Positions 50,471 through 54,103 of a DNA stretch of 54,103 bases are shown piece by piece (within the stretch, counting starts at the first letter, position 1; each line of letters starts with the position of its first letter). The DNA comes from a bacterium. GTDB lineage: Bacteria > UBA6262 > WVXT01. The notes beneath the pieces were generated by a model. That model was not told the DNA's origin, ran no database searches, and was given only the letters and a program-made list of their open reading frames with translations. The DNA lies in NCBI GenBank assembly GCA_046759165.1, contig JBHIBS010000008.1:1-54103 (forward strand), in the 5' to 3' direction. Made by a program: the position numbers and the translations under genes.

Positions 50471-51252
50471 CCTCTCTCTCTTAATTCTTCACTAATTTCT
50501 CTTTTTTCTTCCCTTTTTATTCTCTCCCGTAGTTCTTCGGTAAGAGAAACCTCTTCTATATTTTCTCTTATCCTTCGTGTAGTTAATCCCTGGTTAATCC
50601 CTTCAACAATTATCTCTTTAACTTCTTCTGGAGAAACATGCATTATCTTTGCTTCTAAAAATAAATTTGCGGTTTTCTCCATTCTCTTTATATCCATTTT
50701 CTTAATCAAGGCTAAAGTGACCACCTCTTTAGCATATTCAACAGGTATTCCTCTTTCTATTAGTTCAACTAAAACCTGGAAAACTTTTGTCAATTCATCT
50801 AAATCCATTTTACGCAAGATTGCTAAATTGGACAAATCCTTAAAATCATCTGCAGACAGGCCTCTTTCTAATAATTCTCCAAGAACTTGCCGGGAATAAT
50901 CTAAATTTCTTACCTTTATCCCTTTATCTAAACAGTCTTTAATCAATCCATCAGCTAATTTCAGTTTTTCTATCTTTTGGTTAATTACTTTAATGATTGC
51001 CTGGAAGTTCGCTTTTCGTGCAATTCCTTCTTTTACGCGGTTAACTAAAAACTCTACGGGTAAATCTTTTTTATTAGCATTATCCAGAAGAGAAAACACT
51101 GTTTGAATTTGTTCTAAGGAAAAGTTTGAATTTTGCTCAAGCAATTTTTTTATCTCAACCATTCCTTCTTCTTGAGCAAAAGAAATTCCACCCAAAAATA
51201 GAAACAAAAATAGACCTGTTAGATGTATCTTTTTAATCCTATTCATTCCCAA
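50437..51252 (-). CDS. Secreted all-helical hypothetical protein
   Basis: Signal peptide; L.ERG repeats; shares G.PV..A..VV with its neighbour. Confidence 0.7.
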   Translation of the reverse strand: MGMNRIKKIHLTGLFLFLFLGGISFAQEEGMVEIKKLLEQNSNFSLEQIQTVFSLLDNANKKDLPVEFLVNRVKEGIARKANFQAIIKVINQKIEKLKLADGLIKDCLDKGIKVRNLDYSRQVLGELLERGLSADDFKDLSNLAILRKMDLDELTKVFQVLVELIERGIPVEYAKEVVTLALIKKMDIKRMEKTANLFLEAKIMHVSPEEVKEIIVEGINQGLTTRRIRENIEEVSLTEELRERIKREEKREISEELRERGWEEREEKGRR

Positions 51253-51323
51253 GTCACCTTCTCAAGCCAGAACCTTACCTCCTAGGAAGGTAAGGTCTGA
51301 CCAGCCAAATTAAACTGAGAAAT

Positions 51324-52217
51324 TTACCAGGGTTCACCCGGATGCTCCTTCTCCCATTCCTCCAGGTCTTTTAAGCGGTCTTTCACATCCTCAGGAATCC
51401 GCTCCTGCGCACGCTCTCTGGCAATCTCTCTTTCTACTCTACCTCTTTCCACTAAATCTCTCTGGGCTTCATTTCTGATCTCATTGGCCAATTCTTTACC
51501 TCTTAAACCATCGCGTAGACCCTCCAGTGCGATTAAGGCAACTGATTTTCTTGACTCCTCAGGAGAATACCCTTCCTCAACTGATTTGCCAACTGCCTCG
51601 ATTGCCACCTCCAGTCCTTCCACACCAGAGCCTTCATCTAAAAGGTCCTCGGTCATAATCCGCAGTTGTCTTGCCGAAGCATCCTTACCAAGAGCATCTT
51701 CTGCTGCTGACATCACCCTGGCAATCTCTCTGGCCCCAAGACCTTTTTCAATACAGGCTTGGGCTATCCTGGCACATTCTTTACCTACACCACTCTCCTC
51801 AACGCAGGCGCCAAGAGACCTGGCTATTTCAGCCACCTCTTCTCCATCATAATCCTGGAGAGTGATAGCGATTTCTACCACTTTGAGGGCATGTTTTACC
51901 GGGACTCCTTTATCTACCAAATCCCTTAATGCTGTTACAGCATCTTTGGTGTCATCCTCAGACATGCCTTTCCCATCGGCAGCTGCTTCCAGCTTCTCAA
52001 TAGCCTTCTGCAATTTTTTACCCGATGGTGTAGTTAGATCAATACTTTCGCCTGTCACAACATCAAGCTCTGGGCCAGTTGGTGAAGGAAGGTCAACTTC
52101 TAACTTTTCCAACCTTTTTTCTCCTTCTTTGGTAGCCACTCCTTCCTCAGCCAGAAGATTCCCCATGGCAAAGACCAAAAGCCCGCCCATCAGAAGAATC
52201 ATCAATCTTGTCTTCAT
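51324..52217 (-). CDS. Secreted all-helical hypothetical protein
   Basis: Signal peptide; acidic helical repeats (KGVPVKHALKVV). Confidence 0.7.
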   Translation of the reverse strand: MKTRLMILLMGGLLVFAMGNLLAEEGVATKEGEKRLEKLEVDLPSPTGPELDVVTGESIDLTTPSGKKLQKAIEKLEAAADGKGMSEDDTKDAVTALRDLVDKGVPVKHALKVVEIAITLQDYDGEEVAEIARSLGACVEESGVGKECARIAQACIEKGLGAREIARVMSAAEDALGKDASARQLRIMTEDLLDEGSGVEGLEVAIEAVGKSVEEGYSPEESRKSVALIALEGLRDGLRGKELANEIRNEAQRDLVERGRVEREIARERAQERIPEDVKDRLKDLEEWEKEHPGEPW

Positions 52218-52237
52218 CTCTTCTCACCCCCTTCTCT

Positions 52238-52858
52238 TTACAACCTTGTTGTATCTAATACAGAATTTTTGCTGCCATAGCCATTATCAACATAGTCTTT
52301 TGCTTCAGGGTCGGGTAGCCACTGTTCTCCATCAGCAACAAACACATATTGATACCGCCCCGGTGGTAAAGGTAATTTAACCGCCCAGATACCATCTTGA
52401 CGGATGAGTCTACAGGCATTAACATCCCAACCATTAAAGTCGCCCACCAAAGAGACTGCTTGAGCTTCAGGCATTTCAATTGTAAAAGTAACCATAATTA
52501 TTGATGGCGATGGCTTTTTTGTTATCAGGATTAAAGAAATAATCAGGAAAATAGTAAGTATTGCCAATGCCGGAACCCATTTCCATTGGGGGGGGAAGAT
52601 AAAAGGTTTTCTAATTGGTTTGAAAACAGGTTCCTCACCGGGTAATCTATTCAATACTTTTTCAGTAAAATCAGATGGGGGTTTTACTCTTTCTCTTTTC
52701 AAAAGAATTCCTATCTTTTCTAAAGAATTCAATCTTTGTTGACAAAGAGAGCATTCACTTAGATGGTCTTTTAATATTTTCTCTTCATCTATCGTGAGTT
52801 TGCCATCAAGTTGTTTATGAATCAATTCAATCATTGTTTCACATTCCATTTTGTTCAT
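52238..52858 (-). CDS. Anti-sigma factor: zf-HC2 + TM + CBM48/AMPK-beta-like glycogen-binding domain
   Basis: HLSECSLC, single TM, VSLVGDFNGW...LPPGRYQY.F.ADG..W.PDP. Confidence 0.85.
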   Translation of the reverse strand: MNKMECETMIELIHKQLDGKLTIDEEKILKDHLSECSLCQQRLNSLEKIGILLKRERVKPPSDFTEKVLNRLPGEEPVFKPIRKPFIFPPQWKWVPALAILTIFLIISLILITKKPSPSIIMVTFTIEMPEAQAVSLVGDFNGWDVNACRLIRQDGIWAVKLPLPPGRYQYVFVADGEQWLPDPEAKDYVDNGYGSKNSVLDTTRL

Positions 52859-52905
52859 CTACTTTCTCCCTTCACTTAATATACAATCGAGCAGTGCAAA
52901 ATATT

Positions 52906-53502
52906 TCATTTTTTCCCTAACTTTTTCCAAAGGCTCAAACTTTTTATTAATATCTTGCGCGCACGAAAGAGTCTCACTTCTACGGTTCCCAAAGGTAAAC
53001 CTGTTACCTGAGAAATTTCTTCATAAGACAGATTCTCCGTATATCTTAAAAGGAACACACTGCGATATTTTAACGGTAGGGCATGAACCATCTCACCCAT
53101 TCTTTTCCTTTCTTCTTTCTGAACTAATATTTCTTCCGGAGAAGCACTTTTATCGGGAATCTCCCAGATAACTTCACCATCCTCTGTTGCAATCGGTTTA
53201 TCAAGAGAAACGACCTTGATAATACTTTTTCTTTTTAATTTGTTCCTACAGATATTCAACGCAATCGTATATAGCCAGGTATGGAATTTTAATCCTACTT
53301 TAAACTCCTTCAATTTCTTATACGCCTGTAAAAACGTCTCCTGGGATACATCTTCAGCGTCATGATAACTCCCACTCAGGCGATAGGCAAGATTAAAGAT
53401 AGAATTTTTATATTTATTCACAAGATGACCAAATGCTTCTTTTTTCCCCGCAAGGGTCTCTTTAATTAACACTATATCTTCAGTAATATTTTGGTTGTTC
53501 AT
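52906..53502 (-). CDS. ECF RNA polymerase sigma factor (SigW/RpoE-like)
   Basis: AEDVSQETF, F.TWLY.IA.N, LSYEEI, GTV.VRL.RAR. Confidence 0.93.
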   Translation of the reverse strand: MNNQNITEDIVLIKETLAGKKEAFGHLVNKYKNSIFNLAYRLSGSYHDAEDVSQETFLQAYKKLKEFKVGLKFHTWLYTIALNICRNKLKRKSIIKVVSLDKPIATEDGEVIWEIPDKSASPEEILVQKEERKRMGEMVHALPLKYRSVFLLRYTENLSYEEISQVTGLPLGTVEVRLFRARKILIKSLSLWKKLGKK

Positions 53503-53766
53503 ATTTTCTATCTTTCTACACGATTAATACAAAAATAATATGCCTTTACCATAGATCACACCTTTAATGTAATCCAGGGCTTGGTTTTTTGCCAGGATTG
53601 CTCTCTATTTAATATACAGATAATTGTATCAAAATATTCCACTATTTTCTTGAATTGTATCAAATTTTCCAGTTCCAATCAACTATTCTCATCAACGTAA
53701 ATAGTCCAGAGATTTAGGGACCGAGATTTTATCCTTTTGTCTGACTTAAATAGCAGAAAAGTCAAT

Positions 53767-53795
53767 AAAAAAACTGCCTCGCTTGGTAAGGCAGT
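53767..53795 (-). terminator. Intrinsic terminator
   Basis: ACTGCCTT-ACCAAGC-GAGGCAGT followed by a T-run. Confidence 0.75.
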
Positions 53796-53824
53796 CTTAA
53801 AAGCCTTATTATTGCCCTTAACTT

Positions 53825-53969
53825 AATGCCCGGTCATCCTACTTGGTTCACCCTAATCGTTTCCAATGTTATGCCGGTTTGGCAGCTGAATCTTTTCAGT
53901 ATCTTTGCTCCGCGAAAAATTTCCGCAAAGGTGCAATCCGTTCCTTCGGCACTAACAAAATCGGGCATT
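53825..53969 (-). ncRNA. Unidentified structured RNA (leader or sRNA)
   Basis: Nested stems AAUGCCCG/CGGGCAUU, UGUUA.UGCCG/CGGCAUAACA, CUUUGC/GCAAAG, CUGAA/UUCAG, followed by a terminator. Confidence 0.45.
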
Positions 53970-54103
53970 GCGGAAAACCTTGATTCCTTTAGTTTCTCCT
54001 GCTAATAAGTATATTTACTGTGCGATTTTTAGCTTTGTTCCCACCCCGTCAGTTGAGGAAACGAGAAACGGTTTTTTATATCTTGCCAGCTCAATTGGAA
54101 ATA

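Overview
Bacterial chromosomal window, probably from an uncultured diderm anaerobe (lineage not determinable from sequence alone). It is mostly minus-strand housekeeping genes: a four-subunit 2-oxoacid:ferredoxin oxidoreductase, recN, nadK, rsmD, glnA, tsaD, a CtpA-like protease, glgA, galT-like, dnaE, groESL with a perfect CIRCE, coaX, birA, nadC, uvrB, surE, queD, murI, an amidase and smpB, plus tRNA-Ala(GGC), tRNA-Leu(CAA) and tRNA-Leu(CAG). Standouts: (1) The tmRNA gene, starting 1 nt after the smpB stop, is split in its T-loop by a 629-nt group I intron encoding a LAGLIDADG homing endonuclease; the endonuclease Shine-Dalgarno can form the stem that loops the ORF out of the ribozyme core. 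(2) uvrB carries a 564-aa LAGLIDADG+HTH intein in its Walker A motif. (3) There are two GEMM-I cyclic-dinucleotide riboswitches, one canonical (G20) and one A20 variant (possible c-AMP-GMP sensor), plus an unidentified structured leader at the right end. (4) A dispersed MITE/REPIN-like repeat family recurs at gene stop codons. (5) Beyond tRNA-Leu(CAG) and a recombinase relic lies an uncharacterised module: ECF sigma, zinc-finger anti-sigma with a CBM48-like sensor, secreted helical proteins and a beta-barrel. Decayed csaB/DUF5693, receiver-domain and minor-pilin relics are also visible. Family assignments are by motif recognition only; no searches were run.
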